Source: Octopus bimaculoides
Lineage: Eukaryota
Direction: 5' to 3'
DNA: 64,000 bases
Assembly: GCF_001194135.2 (NCBI RefSeq)
Contig: NC_068981.1
Span: 23,009,934-23,073,933, forward strand
The position numbers were made by a program, and so were the translations under genes. Shown one piece after another: positions 24,765 to 38,370 of this stretch (the first letter of the stretch is position 1; every line of letters starts with the position of its first letter). The notes under the pieces are model-generated. The model saw only the letters and a list, made by a program, of their open reading frames with translations, had not been told where the DNA came from and did not search any database.

Positions 24765-25132
24765 ATTACTTCCGCCTTAGCAAAGGCGGAGGTATTGCTT
24801 CAGTCATGTTTGTTCGTTTGTCCATGGACAAGATATCTCAAGAACCACTGTATGGGTTTGGATGAAACTTTCAGGGATGTTTGGCCTGCTGACTGACGTG
24901 AACTGATTAGATTTTGGGATTGATCCAGTGCCAGACAAGGAGTCTGGATTATTTTCCCGTTTTTTTTTTTCTTTACTTAATTTTTGAGAGCGGTCAGGTT
25001 CATTTTTAGTATTCTCGTTTGTGAAAGCAGTCAAGTTTATTTCAGATATTCTCATTTTAAAAATCTTTTCCGGCTAATCATTGAGAGGATGTTGGTGTTG
25101 CCTTGGCGGAGGTTTGCGCTCTCTGAGTGCTC
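24765..25132 (+). mobile_element. Non-autonomous Helentron/HINE-like element, second copy
   Basis: ttacttccgccttagcaaaggcggaggt ... ttggcggaggtttgcgctctctgagtgc (3' hairpin gcgctc/gagtgc), inserted in a (TTA)n run; homologous along its length to 11583-11944. Confidence 0.6.
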
Positions 25133-27050
25133 TTATTATTAATAAGTTAAATGAAGAGAAATTTCTCCCCAAGTGAAGAGATTAATGCAGTTGATGTTCA
25201 GTGTGAACATTTGTAGGCTAATGTTTACAAGAGTATACATAAGTGATTCTTTTTAACCCTAGATCAATCCTGATCAAGCATTCCAGCCATGACCATCCTA
25301 TCATTGTAGGTATATCTAGAAATACATTATTTAATGTCTCATTAAGACAGTAAAGATTCTGCCTATTATTTCTAGTAGGTTGATTAACTACATAGAGGGT
25401 GCTCATTGATAATCTGCCTCAATGTTACACACACACACACACAACTGTCTTAATTTAACCACCAAACTATTTTTCAATAAATTTCTCCATAATTAACATA
25501 AATCTCTGGTCTTTACAAAACTCTTCAAACAATTCCAATGTTTAGGCAATGACAATGGCTCATTAGCTAACATCAAAGTTTCAATTTATTCATTAACCAA
25601 GCCAAAATTACAGACAACTGATGATCAAAAACTAATGATTTTCCATTGGTAAGGAAAATACCATAGCTAACAAATTTAGTTTACCATTATTTTTAGAAAA
25701 CTTTTTAGAATTTCTTTCCTACTTCAACAAACAAATCTAGTCATGGTCTTTTCATACTTGTACCTAATTGTTAACCAGCATGATTTACTTGGTGCAACCT
25801 GACAATGGTGATAGTTCTATTATCGAAAAGAAGACATTCAACAAAGCATGTTACTTCAATTGAACTGAAAATTTATGTCGACCTAAAAATTACAGAAAAC
25901 TCTTTCAATAAGTTATTCTAATTGTATGAAAAGGGTGTGGAAAAAGAGGAAGGTAAGTTACTAAACAAGCTGGGTTTGAACATAGAAACTGACATACATG
26001 ATACAGTGTGTTGAAAAACACCAATTAAGTGAGATTATCCAAGCAAGTAGATGAAAACTCTCTAAGTGAGGTGTTTAATAACTTAAAATAACAACCAAGG
26101 AAGGTAACTCAAATATCAGCTACTTCAAATTTTAAGAAATAAATGCATGATGATTAATGTAGGGGATCTTGTCTTCAAAGCCAACAAATAGAGCATACCT
26201 CTGAGGTATTTTCTGTCAGCCGTATTGTTAATATTCATAATGAACATTGCTACACATTTCCTCTATTTCTATGCAATTTACCCCCAAGTCTTGCTGACTG
26301 AATAAAATGTTTTGCTGAGGAGATCCAATATGACTTAAACAAGTTTGGTGCTTTCATTAGCAGCCTTTTAAAGACAAGATCTACACCGCTCATCTACACT
26401 AGCTTAATTTAAAAAAAATATTAGTAGCTGATATTATTAGGGTGATCTCCCTTATTTTATTTTAGATTTTAAAGCACCTCCTGAAGGAATTTTTGTCTCC
26501 TAATTACATGGATAATATCAGTTAATTGAGTTTTTTTCACAACCATCGAAGCATGAAGTGCTCTTCACGACCTCGTGTTCATGAGATGGTTGTGATCTGT
26601 AAACAGTCTTGAGTAAGAACAGGAAAGAAAAGTATGAACATACAATGCACATGTGCTCACTGAATTTGTAAAATGGAAGAGAAGAAGAAAAAACGTAATG
26701 TCTGATGGTCTGCATGCCATGGCTGACACCATTATCATGCAGCTTTATTAAAATTTTCTTGTTCAACTGAAAGCATTATACACAGAAGAACCTACATATG
26801 TCTATTTTGTATGTCCATCAATCACTGAGCTTTTTTGTTGTTTTTTAGCCAAATACATTAGCTACTTTGGATGACAACCCTTTTCCAGAGTTTAATTAGG
26901 GTTTGTGATACAAACAGTTAGTTCTCAGTGGCCCGGTCCACCTAGCTGTAAAGAAACAGCACTGGGCAAAAGACTTCAGTGTGAACTAATCGCTAAATTT
27001 GACCTTTGTTTTTTATGTAAAATGTTACCTGTGGTTGATTGGTAACTTTA

Positions 27051-27260
27051 CAGGGTGTCCACAAAGTCTGGATACATGGGATTAACACATACTTTAAGAA
27101 ATTATTATTTCTTATATTTAATTGTTTATATTATGATTTTATTTACCCCATGTACCCATATGCAGATTAACACATACTTTAAGAAATTATTATTTCTTAT
27201 ATCTAATTGTTTATGTTGTGATTTTCCTTATTCCATGTACCCAGACTTTGTGGATCCCTG
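27051..27260. mobile_element. Tc1/mariner-type MITE with internal 85-bp-period duplication
   Basis: TA|cagggtgtccacaaagtctggatacatgg ... ccatgtacccagactttgtggatccctg|TA; gattaacacatactttaagaaattattatttc occurs at 27080 and 27165. Confidence 0.85.
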
Positions 27261-28387
27261 TAGAATAAGATATTATTCATCAATTTGATACTACAAAAAT
27301 CGAGTGCCAGGATAGTGGTCTCATGAAGCTTGTGAAAGGAATAACTTAATTGTTGTCAAATTAAGGTACTAGGCAACTGATCACAAGGTCTTGGGTTGAA
27401 ACCTCTACAAGCATAGCACAACCATTTAGGTATTCCTCTGAGCAAAGCATCTAAATTCTACTTGCTCTAGTTTAGCTGATTGACCAAAAACTAAATAAAA
27501 AAACAGACAAAAGAAATAGTGCCATTGTTGCTGTTTAGAGCAGTGAATTATATATACTGCAGTACCTATTTAGAGATAGATGGAACTTGGCCAAATAGCT
27601 AAGTACCTCTAAGGAGGTTGTCCTATACCCAAGTGACTCAACCATCTACTTAAACATAGATTACATATCTCAAGATACCTTTTAACTAGAAGTTCTGTAG
27701 GGAGACATTATCCACCCAGGAATGTAAGCAATCTATACTATGACAGTAATTAGATTTAGAAACAAGATCCTGTCAATAAAAATTGCCTTTCCTGATTATT
27801 TTGTGAATAGCAAAGTTTAAAGTTCATTTAATGTTACCAGGTGGTACACATCTACATAGGAAATATTTTACAGGAAAGATATTCAGTTTCTTAATGCCTA
27901 ATGTAAATACAAGTAAATCTATAATACTTCCTATATCTACTGGACAGATAGAGAAGAGCTAAGTTTAGTGAAAAACCGGACATAAATCCATGTATTTGTT
28001 TTTATAATATAGTGTACTGCAAGAAAACAGCAGGGAAAAGGCGGTGTGAATAATTTAATTGCAAGCAACAATAAATTGTTTAAATTTTAAGCTGTTTCAC
28101 AATGAAATGACATACACATAGATATGAGTTGTACTTGTTTGGCAAGTGATATGAGATTAGTGTGTTGAAGCAGAAAAAATTGCATCATGGAAAGTTATAA
28201 TGGACAATGAAAACAGATTCATACACCTTTATATTTACTTTTCTTTTATCCTGTGAAGAGGAAACAATGACAGTCTATACAATAACATATATGATTACCA
28301 TGAGATATAATAAAAAAGGAAATATAATGCTGTGTGTATGTAGTTTAAAATATGCATTCATGATGCAACAGTTATATAATCACTATA

Positions 28388-28474
28388 CAGTAATTCCTCG
28401 ACTACTGCGGGTGTTACGTTCCGAAACCCCTCATGATAGGTGAACATCTACAAAGTAGAAACACTACTGTACTG
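28388..28474. mobile_element. Terminal fragment of a pogo/Tigger-like element
   Basis: TA|cagtaattcctcgactactgcgggtgttacgttcc start; only one end is recognisable. Confidence 0.45.
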
Positions 28475-28846
28475 TATCATCATCACCATCATCATCATTT
28501 AACGTCCGCTTTCCATGCTTGCATGGGTTGGACGGTTTGACTGAGGACTGCTGCACCAGGACTGGTGAACCAGATGGCTACACCAGGCTCCAATCTGATC
28601 TGGCAGAGTTTCTACCCTCACCTGTTTCCCCATCACCAGACACATGGAAGATTGGAAACAAAAGACACCACTTGCATTAAAATGACACTTGTTTACAACT
28701 ATCACATGATGTGAAAGCAAAACGACAGTAACTCACACACGCATAAGTGTGTGAGTTAGTCTTCTTTTCAATTTCCTACTAAATCCACTCACAAGGCTTT
28801 GCCAGCCCGTGTCTTTAATAGAAGACACTTATCCAAAGTATCACGC

Positions 28847-28880
<34 letters not shown>

Positions 28881-29091
28881 ACCCCTACACATTCAATAAT
28901 ACTATAAAAAGAGACAAATCCTCTCAAAAAAAATTAAATCTGGAGAATCTACTAGAATAGATGCAAGCACTAATTTATAAAAACATGTGACATATTAATA
29001 AAAATCTGTAAATGTACAACCATCCAGATCTCTGAGTACCTTATTATTTTTTCTAATATATAATTCCTGTACATCACCTCTAAACCTTCTA

Positions 29092-29138
<47 letters not shown>

Positions 29139-30239
29139 CACATACTGGTTTCACTGATCGGACTGTAGCCAATGCTGTAGCTCTGTGCTCAGGTCCCTGC
29201 ATTTTATCATAGCAGCAAAACTGAAGGGTCCTCACTATTTTATATGGTTATTTGCTCAAAGCAAGTGACCTGAGAGTATGACCAGAAGAGGGAGTGATGA
29301 CAGAAGAGGAACCATGATGAGTGGAGGGAGCAAAAGTACGATGATAGAAACAGAGTGCTTGAGGTGTCAAGCAGTGGTGGTGGGGACAAACACAATGACA
29401 AAGGATTTCTACATAGTGTCTATCTATCAAATTCATTCACAAGGCATTGGTCAGCCCTGGGTTATAGTAGAAGACACTTGCTTAAGGTACTGTGCAGTGG
29501 GACTGAACCTGAAACCACATGGCTGCAACACAAGCTTCTTAACCACACAGCTGTGTCTGCGCCTACATCTGGAATGGTGTATATCCTTAGAGCATTAATA
29601 TAAAGATTTTTATTAAATAAAGGTTACCAACTAGATACCTGGAGTTCGTCTAGTCTAGAATGTTGCTCAAGACACACCATTTCAGATATGAGAGCACCAG
29701 TGAAAGGAGAGCAAAATAGGTGCTTGTTGCTGTTTAACTCAGATTAACCCTGAGTAGAACCTATAATCAAAAGCATTCCAACCATGACCAGTTTGTCCTC
29801 TTTTTTTGGCATTGCATGTCTCGGAATATATCATCCAGCATATGTTTATATATGGTATAATGTAATTGTTGATGGTAAGGTGTAATTTAAGGGAGATGTG
29901 GCTGCTAATTCAAGCAGACTGAATAACCGTGTAGAAGTTTTATGTCATACAAGGGTTATTCACAAACCATAAGGCTTTCTCTTAAATGGGAACTATAATA
30001 GAAGTGATACCAGTTCAGACATAAGGACAGTATACTGTAGCATATTAGTGGTATCTTTTTTTCTTTTCTATTTGTTTTTAATGAATGAAAAGCAAAGCTG
30101 ACTTGAGTAGGACTCGAACTCAGAACCATAAGCCAATAACCATGACCTACGCTTATATGATTACTAAGGTACAGCCTCAGTTTGGATTGGGGACTACTTG
30201 AAATAACTATGAGATAACATGATATAAAATAAGGTTTGG

Positions 30240-30560
30240 TCTATTATCTACAGATGTTTAGAGAAAATGTCAAGGGTCTCTTGTAGCTGAAGTTTAATGA
30301 TCAACATGCATATTTAGCAAATTTAACTATTCAACTTCCTAACGGAATGTTTGAAGGAAAATTTATTCAATGATAAAGTGTTTAGAAAAGATCATTCATA
30401 TTTAAGTATCATGGAACTGAAAACAAATGTTAGTAATATCTTTGACATGTGTTAAGGATGTATGAAGCCAGAATCCCACTTCAGAAATTGCATGGATATT
30501 ATCAACAAACGAATGGAAACCATAGGAGGATCTTAACATAACAACTGCCAATGAAATTAA
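30240..30560 (+). pseudogene. Highly decayed Tc1-like transposase C-terminal fragment
   Basis: Frame FLTECLKENLFNDKVF...SIMELKTNV resembles the DFFLWG.LKE.VY...LEELK..I motif. Confidence 0.35.
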
Positions 30561-31089
30561 CAAAGGAGATCTCAAGAAAATGAAGAGTTAGCAATTATAT
30601 AAAATGAATAACGAAGGAGTAGGCAGTATAATAGAGCCTACTCTCTGCTTTAGATATGTAAAAGTAGAGAGAAGTCGGAAATCTTTTCTCTTTAATTACT
30701 TTCAGTTATGAGACAGCGGCCATGCTGGAGCACTTCCTTGAAGGGTTTTAGTTGAACAAATCAACCCTAGTATTTATTTGTTCAAGTTTGGTGCTTATTC
30801 TATCAGTCTCTTTTGCCAAACCATTAAGTTATAAGGACATAAATCAGTACCAATTGTTGGAGACACATTACTCATGGGTTTCCGCACAATTTTCATCAAT
30901 CAAATCCACTCATAAAGCACTGGTCAGCTCAGGGCTATTGTAGAAGACATTTGCCTTAAGTTCTATACTGTGGGACTGAACCCAAAACCACATGGTTGTA
31001 AAGTAAGCTTTTTAACCACACAGCCATGCTTGCAATTAATCATAGCAGCTATATTGGAGTGTACCAGATGAAATGAATTTTAAAAGAAA

Positions 31090-32110
31090 AATTAAACATG
31101 TAAAAGGGATTAGACAAATAAATTTCATGAAAATTTACTCCAATATGTCTAACTGCTTATGCCAATGTGATGTTAAATTAGATATGCTTATTTAAAACAA
31201 CTCCCCGCCTTTGCAATCAATGTTCTGTTCAACTTCTTCAATTATAGTGTATTGATCCAAGGATATTTTATTATATATAAACAGTTTTTCAAATGTTTGA
31301 AAAAGTAATAATTCACAAAGAGATTTTAGGTGAATAAGACGAGTGCAGGAACATTTCATAATCTGGCTCTGTTAATTTTATAAAAGTGATTTGAAAAGTG
31401 TGTAGTCGAACATTGTCAAACAGTAGAATTGTTGTCTCTATTAGCCAGTCTTGGCTGTTTTGATTTCAGTTTTCCATTCACGTGGTCGATTTCATGGCAG
31501 TATGAGCTTGCAGCAATTGATTTCCTTTGTTGCAAAATAGGAATATTGAACTAAACCTATTACAAACCATTATTCAGCCACTATAACCATTTTGGGATGT
31601 AACAGTGGCTTTGGAAAATGTTTTAGAGACTTGTCTGCATCTAACAATTGTCTATTCCATTTTTCATCATAAGTAATGACAATGTCAGACAGGCTTCTTT
31701 TTTTTACAGTGAATTTTAACAGCATTAAACACACTTCTAGATGTCGCAATGTCTGATGTTCCATCAATTCATATGAAACCCATTTATCCAACTTCCTGTT
31801 TCTGGTTTCCAGACGTCGCAATATCTGGTGTTCCATCAATCCATATGAAACCGATTTATCCAACTTCATGTTTTTGATGTCGAGCAAATGGCAGGAAACT
31901 AACAGAGGAAAATACAGCTAAGTCTGTTTTAAATTTACAAACCGGTTTGAGAGTTTCTTTCTACCAGCTTTCATAATTGGCTTCCATTTAAAACGAATTT
32001 TGATTTCCAGTCATGGCTTACTTTAAAGGTGGTCATTCTTTGAGTGAAATTTCTGAAACTATTTACTGTACCATTCATTGCTTAACATAGCTCATTCCAA
32101 ACAGTTTCAG
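31090..32110 (-). pseudogene. Decayed mariner transposase
   Basis: Motif remnants KLDKWVSYEL (WVPHEL), IVITYDEKW (TCDEKW), KHFPKPLLHPK, ILLFDNVRLH (HDNARPH), SYSPKISL.NYYFFKHL (YSPDL); frameshifted. Confidence 0.85.
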
Positions 32111-32780
32111 TTGCATTATATCATATAATTTGAACTCATAAAAAAGGAAAGCATGCTCCTTTAACAGTCACCATATTATTTGAAAGGCACAAAATCATTG
32201 CTTACAAGACAAACACCACCTGGAAAGTGAAGCTAGCCAAGTGTTTACAAATTTGGATTAACCCATTAACCACTTTCACTAACATCCATAATCATAACTT
32301 AGAAATGTTTTATATTGAAAAATGACATTCCATGTGGTACACCACTAATAGTAATATTTTTAATACACTGTTTGTTTGTCCTGGGCTATAAATAAAACAA
32401 TGTATGAACAGAGTTAAGTGGATGTACGTAAGCAAATATAATACTGCAATCTTACAAGAGGTAATAACAGGAAATAAAATATTGCTTATGAACTGAATGT
32501 ACCCAGAGATGAGATGTAATGTCTAAACACTCCAATTCATCATAGTAGTTACTAGTCTACCAGTCTCCTAATGTTGTTGTTACAACGATGATAGTTTAGC
32601 AAACTCTCAATAAATTACTTTCAAAACATGATACAGTAATAGATTTCTTTTTTAATTAAATAAAAATGTAATCTGAAGTCAGTTGAGACAGTTATCACCT
32701 CTTACTTGCAATGCTGTTTATATATGAAGGCACTGAAAAACAAAAACAAAAACAAAAAAAAAAAAAAAAANNNNNNNNNN

Positions 32781-32816
<36 letters not shown>

Positions 32817-33562
32817 ATAACCAACAACCTTTGTTTTTATCCCGCGAGGCCTAACTGCATTTAAAGCAAACTCTGAATGAGAATTAGCAGACTTCACTGC
32901 CAAGAATGTGGCACCAGTGAATCTAAATACCGAGTTTTCTATGACATGGCAGTGCCAATCATAATAATAATTTCTAACTTTGGCAGGGGGCCACAAATTT
33001 TTGGAGAGCCTATCTATAGTCAGTTGATTCAACTTCAGTACATTAATGATAATTCTTTGTTTTTTAACATTGGCACAAAACAATTTTTTTTTTTCTAGGA
33101 TGGGATATATAGTTGCTTGTATATAGATGCTTGTGTTGACCTTGGTACTTGACAGGTACTTACTTCATCATTTCCATAAGGATGGCCTTGGTAGGATTCT
33201 AAAAACAATCAACCCACTGATATGACTGCACTGGTGTCTATAACATGATGGCGACTACTTTAGGAATCATACAACAGTAATAGATCAAAAGACAGTAACA
33301 TGACAGGGGAATTTTAAATTTCTATATAAGACAGCAATTAGCAGACAGATTGTGAAAGGAACAAGCAAAATGAAGTGATAAAAATATTATATAAAAAGCA
33401 GGTAGTTTCACTGGGTGTTTAAAAGTGCAAGGCACCCATATATGATTAGAAGAGACAAGGAATCAATGAGATTTCTTAACAATGCTGAAGCAGAATGAAG
33501 TGTACTGAAAATAAAGAATAGTGAAACAGACTGAAAAGAAGCTGGATGGGACATTGTGTGTA

Positions 33563-33622
<60 letters not shown>

Positions 33623-33624
33623 TG

Positions 33625-33810
33625 CGGGTGACACGTAAAAGCACCCACTACACTCTCTGAGTGGTTGGCGTTAGGAAGGGCATCCAGCCGTAGAAACTCT
33701 GCCAAATCAGATTGGAGCCTGGTGTAGCCATCTGGTTTCACCAGTCCTCCGTCAAATCGTCCAACCCATGCTAGCATGGAAAGCGGACGATGATGATGAT
33801 GATGATGATG
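33625..33810 (+). mobile_element. SINE family B, young 5'-truncated copy after a (TA)n tract
   Basis: cacgtaaaagcacccactacactctctgagtggttggcgttaggaagggcatccagc...gcggacgatgatgatg. Confidence 0.9.
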
Positions 33811-34689
33811 AATGTAGTATTACTAGTTGATATTTATAGAAGATAAACACCCACCCACTACCAAAATGAAAATATCATTTCAGGAGGTTGTCACTGTTAT
33901 TGGGAACTCCTTATCAATTGCATTGCTCAAGGAATGGAAGTTGCAGACTAAATGAACCTGATATCTTTAATGTAGTTGATTACAAGATCTACAATAACCG
34001 GATCTAATCTACAAAGTTTGGACACCAGATACACCAGCAGGTAGTTTGTTTGTTTGTTTGTTTTCCGAAAGGCAATCTTCAAGGCCTATCACTTACCTAC
34101 CATATATTATTGTAACATTTATATATTATATTTTACATTTATCTTCTGCAAAAAAAAACATACTGGTTGGAAACATGTTTGCAAGAATACAAACTAATTC
34201 TATCTTGGGTTACACACTTTAGGTTAGCACTAACATTCTGACAATTCTCTTTTCTCTTAGTGTTGTTTTCAAGGGAATTTTGACAGGCTTTCCTGATATG
34301 TTTTTATAGCTCAAAGTAACCGTTTCAAGTAATCCCACCGCACAAACTAAAAATAATAAACAAACAACTCCACAAACCCCAAGAGCTTGTGTGGCTGACG
34401 TTTGCCTGGAGATTTGGAAGCATTAAATAGATTACAGATAAATTCATCTAAGTACTTATACTAGCCTAAAACAGGTACACGGCTTTCCTAGGGAAAAAAC
34501 CCTTAATGTTAAGCCCCAGTCTAGCTCATTTAAGCAGACTTATGATTAAAAAGGCCTGCCAATAATAACCATAGTTTTTTTCTTTTTCTTTTTTGTCTAG
34601 AGATAACTTGGACTACATTAACTAATATGTCTTTATTTAAACTTTTGCCTCTCCTCTGTATAACATGTTGTACTTTCTGGCCCTCAGTT

Positions 34690-36245
34690 GGTTATGATGA
34701 CAAGGGTTCCAGTTAATCTGATCAATAGAACAGCCTGTTCATGAAATTAACATGCAAGTAGGTGAGCATTCCGCAGACACACAAACCCTTAATACAGTTC
34801 TCAGAGAGATACAGAATGACATATCAGGCTGAGTAAAAAGTAAGCAACGTTTTGAAACATTGCGATATATTTCAACAATGTGGAAATTTTATTCATCAAA
34901 GTAAGTACCATTACAATCAACACATTTATGCTGAGTTACAAGTTTGTTTATTCCGGTAACATATAAAACTGGAGTTCTGGAGCTGATGAACTCTTTGAAC
35001 GTACTTTCAGCATCAGTTCAATTTTTGAACTCCTCCTCTCGCAGGAAACCATCAAGGTACTTGAAAAAGTGGTAGTTGATAGGAGAAAGGTCTAGGGAAT
35101 AAGCTGGGTGGGGAAGAAATTTGTAGCCAACTTCCCTCAACTTCTGCAGCATTATTAGTGAAATATGTGGTTGAGCATTCTCATAAAAAATGATTGGCCC
35201 TCTTCTGTTGACCTGTTTGGGACAGAGGAGTAGCAGTTTTTTGTTCATTTTGACAATTTTATAGCAATGTGTTTCTGCAGTAATGGGTTTTTTTTTTTTA
35301 GGTTTTAAGAAGTAAAAGTAGCTGAGTCCAACAGTACACAACCAAACAGTCACCATAACCTTTTTGAAGAGCTCGGGTTTACGGGAGGTTTGCAGTGCTT
35401 CATTTTAGTCCAACCACTGCAAAGAACATTTTTTGTTATTGTACAGAATCCACTTTTCATCGCAAGTTACAATATTGTTGAGAAACGGATTGGTCTGGTT
35501 ACAGAGAAGTGATGAGCAAATTTCGTATCTACACATTTTCTGATTTTCATTCAAATCATGTGGTACCCATTTGAAGAACTTTTTTGATTTTCTGATCGCA
35601 GGCAGTTTTCTGGCTAATTTGAAGTTCTTTTGATAGTTCTCAAGTGGTTTTATGTGGATCTTTCTCAATGATGGTCTTTAATTGACCATCATCAATGACA
35701 GATGGATGTCCACTATGCTCATGATCTTCAAGGCTCAGGTCTCCACTGCAAAATCGTTTAAACCATTTACGAGCTGACCACTCGCTGGTCATTTCCTCAC
35801 CAAAGTTTTGTTGATATCATAAGCAATCTTAGCTGCTTTACGTCTTTTTTTTGAAGTTGAATAGCAAAACTACTTGAATGTCACGCTTTGACAGTTTCAT
35901 TTCAGATGGTGAAAACAATATCAATGTTAATTTGATGCATTTGGGCAAATCTATGTCTGTATAATCAGACAACTGCAAAAAACTGTTTAGAAAAATTCAA
36001 AACTCTACAAAAATCTAGTACAAATTCTTCATGGTTGAAAACATTGCTTACTGTTTACTCAACCTGATAGAATGTGATAGGGCTGGCCCTTTGAATTACA
36101 GCCACAGCTCATTTTTGCCAGCAGAGTGGACTGGAGAAACATGAAATAAAGTGTCTTGTTCAAGGACACAACTCGTCGCCGGGAATTGAACTCATGACTT
36201 TACAATCATGAGCTGAATAATCTAACCACTATGCCACATGCCTTC
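34690..36245 (-). mobile_element. SINE family C split by the mariner insertion
   Basis: Tail (aagggttccagtt..tctgatcaa...cagaatgaca) at 34690-34821 resumes as gaatgtgatagggctggccctttgaa...ttcaaggacacaa...aaccact at 36070-36245. Confidence 0.75.
34824..36067 (-). mobile_element. Full-length (1244 bp) defective mariner element, DD34D-type
   Basis: TA|tcaggctgagtaaaaagtaagcaacgttt ... aaaacattgcttactgtttactcaacctga|TA. Transposase remnants KWVPHDL, IVTCDEKW, YENAQPH, HPAYSLDLSPINYHFF, with stops and frameshifts. Confidence 0.92.
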
Positions 36246-36961
36246 ACATGTGATACATAAAACATATTTCCCCCGGCATCTATGCACCGTATATGAGACA
36301 CATTCCCAATTTTATTTAACCACCAGAATAACTTGAGACGTATGAGAGGGAAGTTTTATATAACTCAGAATGTATGAAACAAGGGCTGACTAAAAGTTTG
36401 AAAACAAGCATAGATGTTTAGGACTAACTTATGAAAATGCTTTGGACAGGAAAGGAGTTAAGATAACAGGATGTGACGGGAAGGAGAGTTAGCTGCTATG
36501 TCCAATACCTTCTCCTGTAGAACATATTTGGTTTCTATTTTACCTGCATAGTAATGACTCAGTCAAGGTAAAGCAGATACACAATGAAACCCAGTGGCTA
36601 TGAATAAACAAGCTACGAGCCAATAGCATAACATCTAACGTACTCAGTATATTCAGTCACTACATTTATTTTCCATCTACCAAATGTTTGTAGGTTACTT
36701 GTAATTATTGTCTTGGTTTTTCTGACATGCATCATTTCACTTCTGATGTGTGTGTGTGTGTGCGTGTGCGTGCGTGCGTGCGTGCGTGTGTGTAATAGAT
36801 ATATTTTCTCTTTGACACACAAAGAAAAAAAAGAAGTTTCTGATAAATGAGAACAACAAAGAAATATGAAATGAGTGAGGTGTGACTTTTACAGAGATTA
36901 ACAAAATGCAGGTGGTGCACTGCTTGTACTATTCAGTTCAATGGAAGTGTGAATATCTAAA

Positions 36962-36993
<32 letters not shown>

Positions 36994-37481
36994 TCACACA
37001 TACACACAATGGACTCTGAACTGTTTTGATGATTTGCTGATGGTGTAGTAACTACACTAATTTTACTGACCTAATTACCACCAGAGATAGAAAGCTATCA
37101 CCATCACACAGCTGTTTTTCCAATAGTATGTCTAGGATATCAAGTGAGTAGATACTGTTCAGGAGTCTACAACAGGTTCCAGAGGCAATAGAGGTATTGT
37201 GTGTGTAAGAAAGTTTCTATGAGACTTACAAGTGTTTGTGTGTCACATGTGCTTAAACATAGGAAATATACTTCTTTTTATAAACTCTATGGTTTTCAAG
37301 CCCTTTTGTATTCAACCTGCCTTTCATAAGGCATATCTAACTCACTTTGACATGTTCATCATCATCATGGTCACGAACATATTGGACTAAATCGGTGTGG
37401 ACTATAATCTGGGAAGACAAGCTAATTGTAAATGGCCAGAGAAAGTAACTGAATATTAGAACCTATACAGTAAGAAAAATA

Positions 37482-37626
37482 ACTGCACAGGGCTGCAGAC
37501 ACACTCAACTGCACAAGGTCTCGGACACACAAGTGCACAGGGCCTCGGACACATAAGCGCACAGGACCTCGGATGCACAAGTGAACAGGGCCTCGGACGC
37601 ACAGCTACACACAGGCTCTGACACAC
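37482..37626. repeat. Minisatellite, about six degenerate 24-bp units
   Basis: Consensus approximately gcacagggcctcggacacacaagt, repeated without spacers. Confidence 0.85.
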
Positions 37627-37692
37627 TACATTAACTCCATTACAATTTTAATTGAACATGACTGGCATACACTTTCTCTACCTCATTCACAG

Positions 37693-37810
37693 GGAGAGAA
37701 AGAGAGAGCGAAAGAGAGAGAGATAGAGAGAGCGAGCGAGCGAGAGAGAGAGAGAGGGGGAGAGAGAGAGAGAGAGAGAGAGGGGGAGAGAGAAAGAAAG
37801 AGAGAGAGAA
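37693..37810. repeat. (GA)n-rich microsatellite
   Basis: Direct reading. Confidence 0.95.
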
Positions 37811-38044
37811 ACATTAAAACATCTGATGCCAAATAGTCAGTATCAAATCAGCAATGTCACATAGGGAATGCCAAAATGTCTTGTACCTTACTGGCATGTA
37901 CCACATAGCCATAACAGTATGATACTAATACTATGATGGCAAAGATCATAGGTAGCTATCACTGCTCTGCTAGAGATGAGGATCATTATCTCATCACCAT
38001 TATCATCAACGACAGGCAGACTTAAGGTATAATAATGCTAGTGA

Positions 38045-38370
38045 TGGTTAGCCAAGTGAAGGCGCGAGCTTACGATCACGAGGTTGTGAGTTTGAATCCC
38101 GGACCGGGCTGCATGTTGTGTTCTTGAGCAAGACACTTTATTTCACGTTGCTCCAGTTCACTCAGCTGTAGAAATGCATTGCGACGTCTCTAGAGCCAAG
38201 CTGTGCGGGCCTTTGCCTTTCCCTTGGATAACACTGGTGGCGTGGAAAGGGGAGACCGGTATGCATGGGCGACTGCTGGTCTTCCATAAACAACCTTGCT
38301 CGGACTTGTTCCCTGGAGGATAACTTTCTAGGTGCAATTCCATGGTCAGTCATGACTGAAGGGAGATCTC
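38045..38370 (+). mobile_element. tRNA-derived SINE (C-type head with CORE-like segment)
   Basis: ggttagcc...gagtttgaatcccggacc...gtgttcttgagcaagacactttatttcacgttgctccag; decayed reverse copies near 36120-36245 and 47190-47360. Confidence 0.7.

Noticed and set aside
26198-26250. Possible CERK first exon (MFIMNINNTADRKYLR|GTATG, phase 1)
   Set aside because: The phase fits, but it is too short to supply the missing PH strands and has no CERK similarity.
37482-37626. CRISPR-like array
   Set aside because: Units are contiguous with no unique spacers, there are no cas genes, and the context is eukaryotic.
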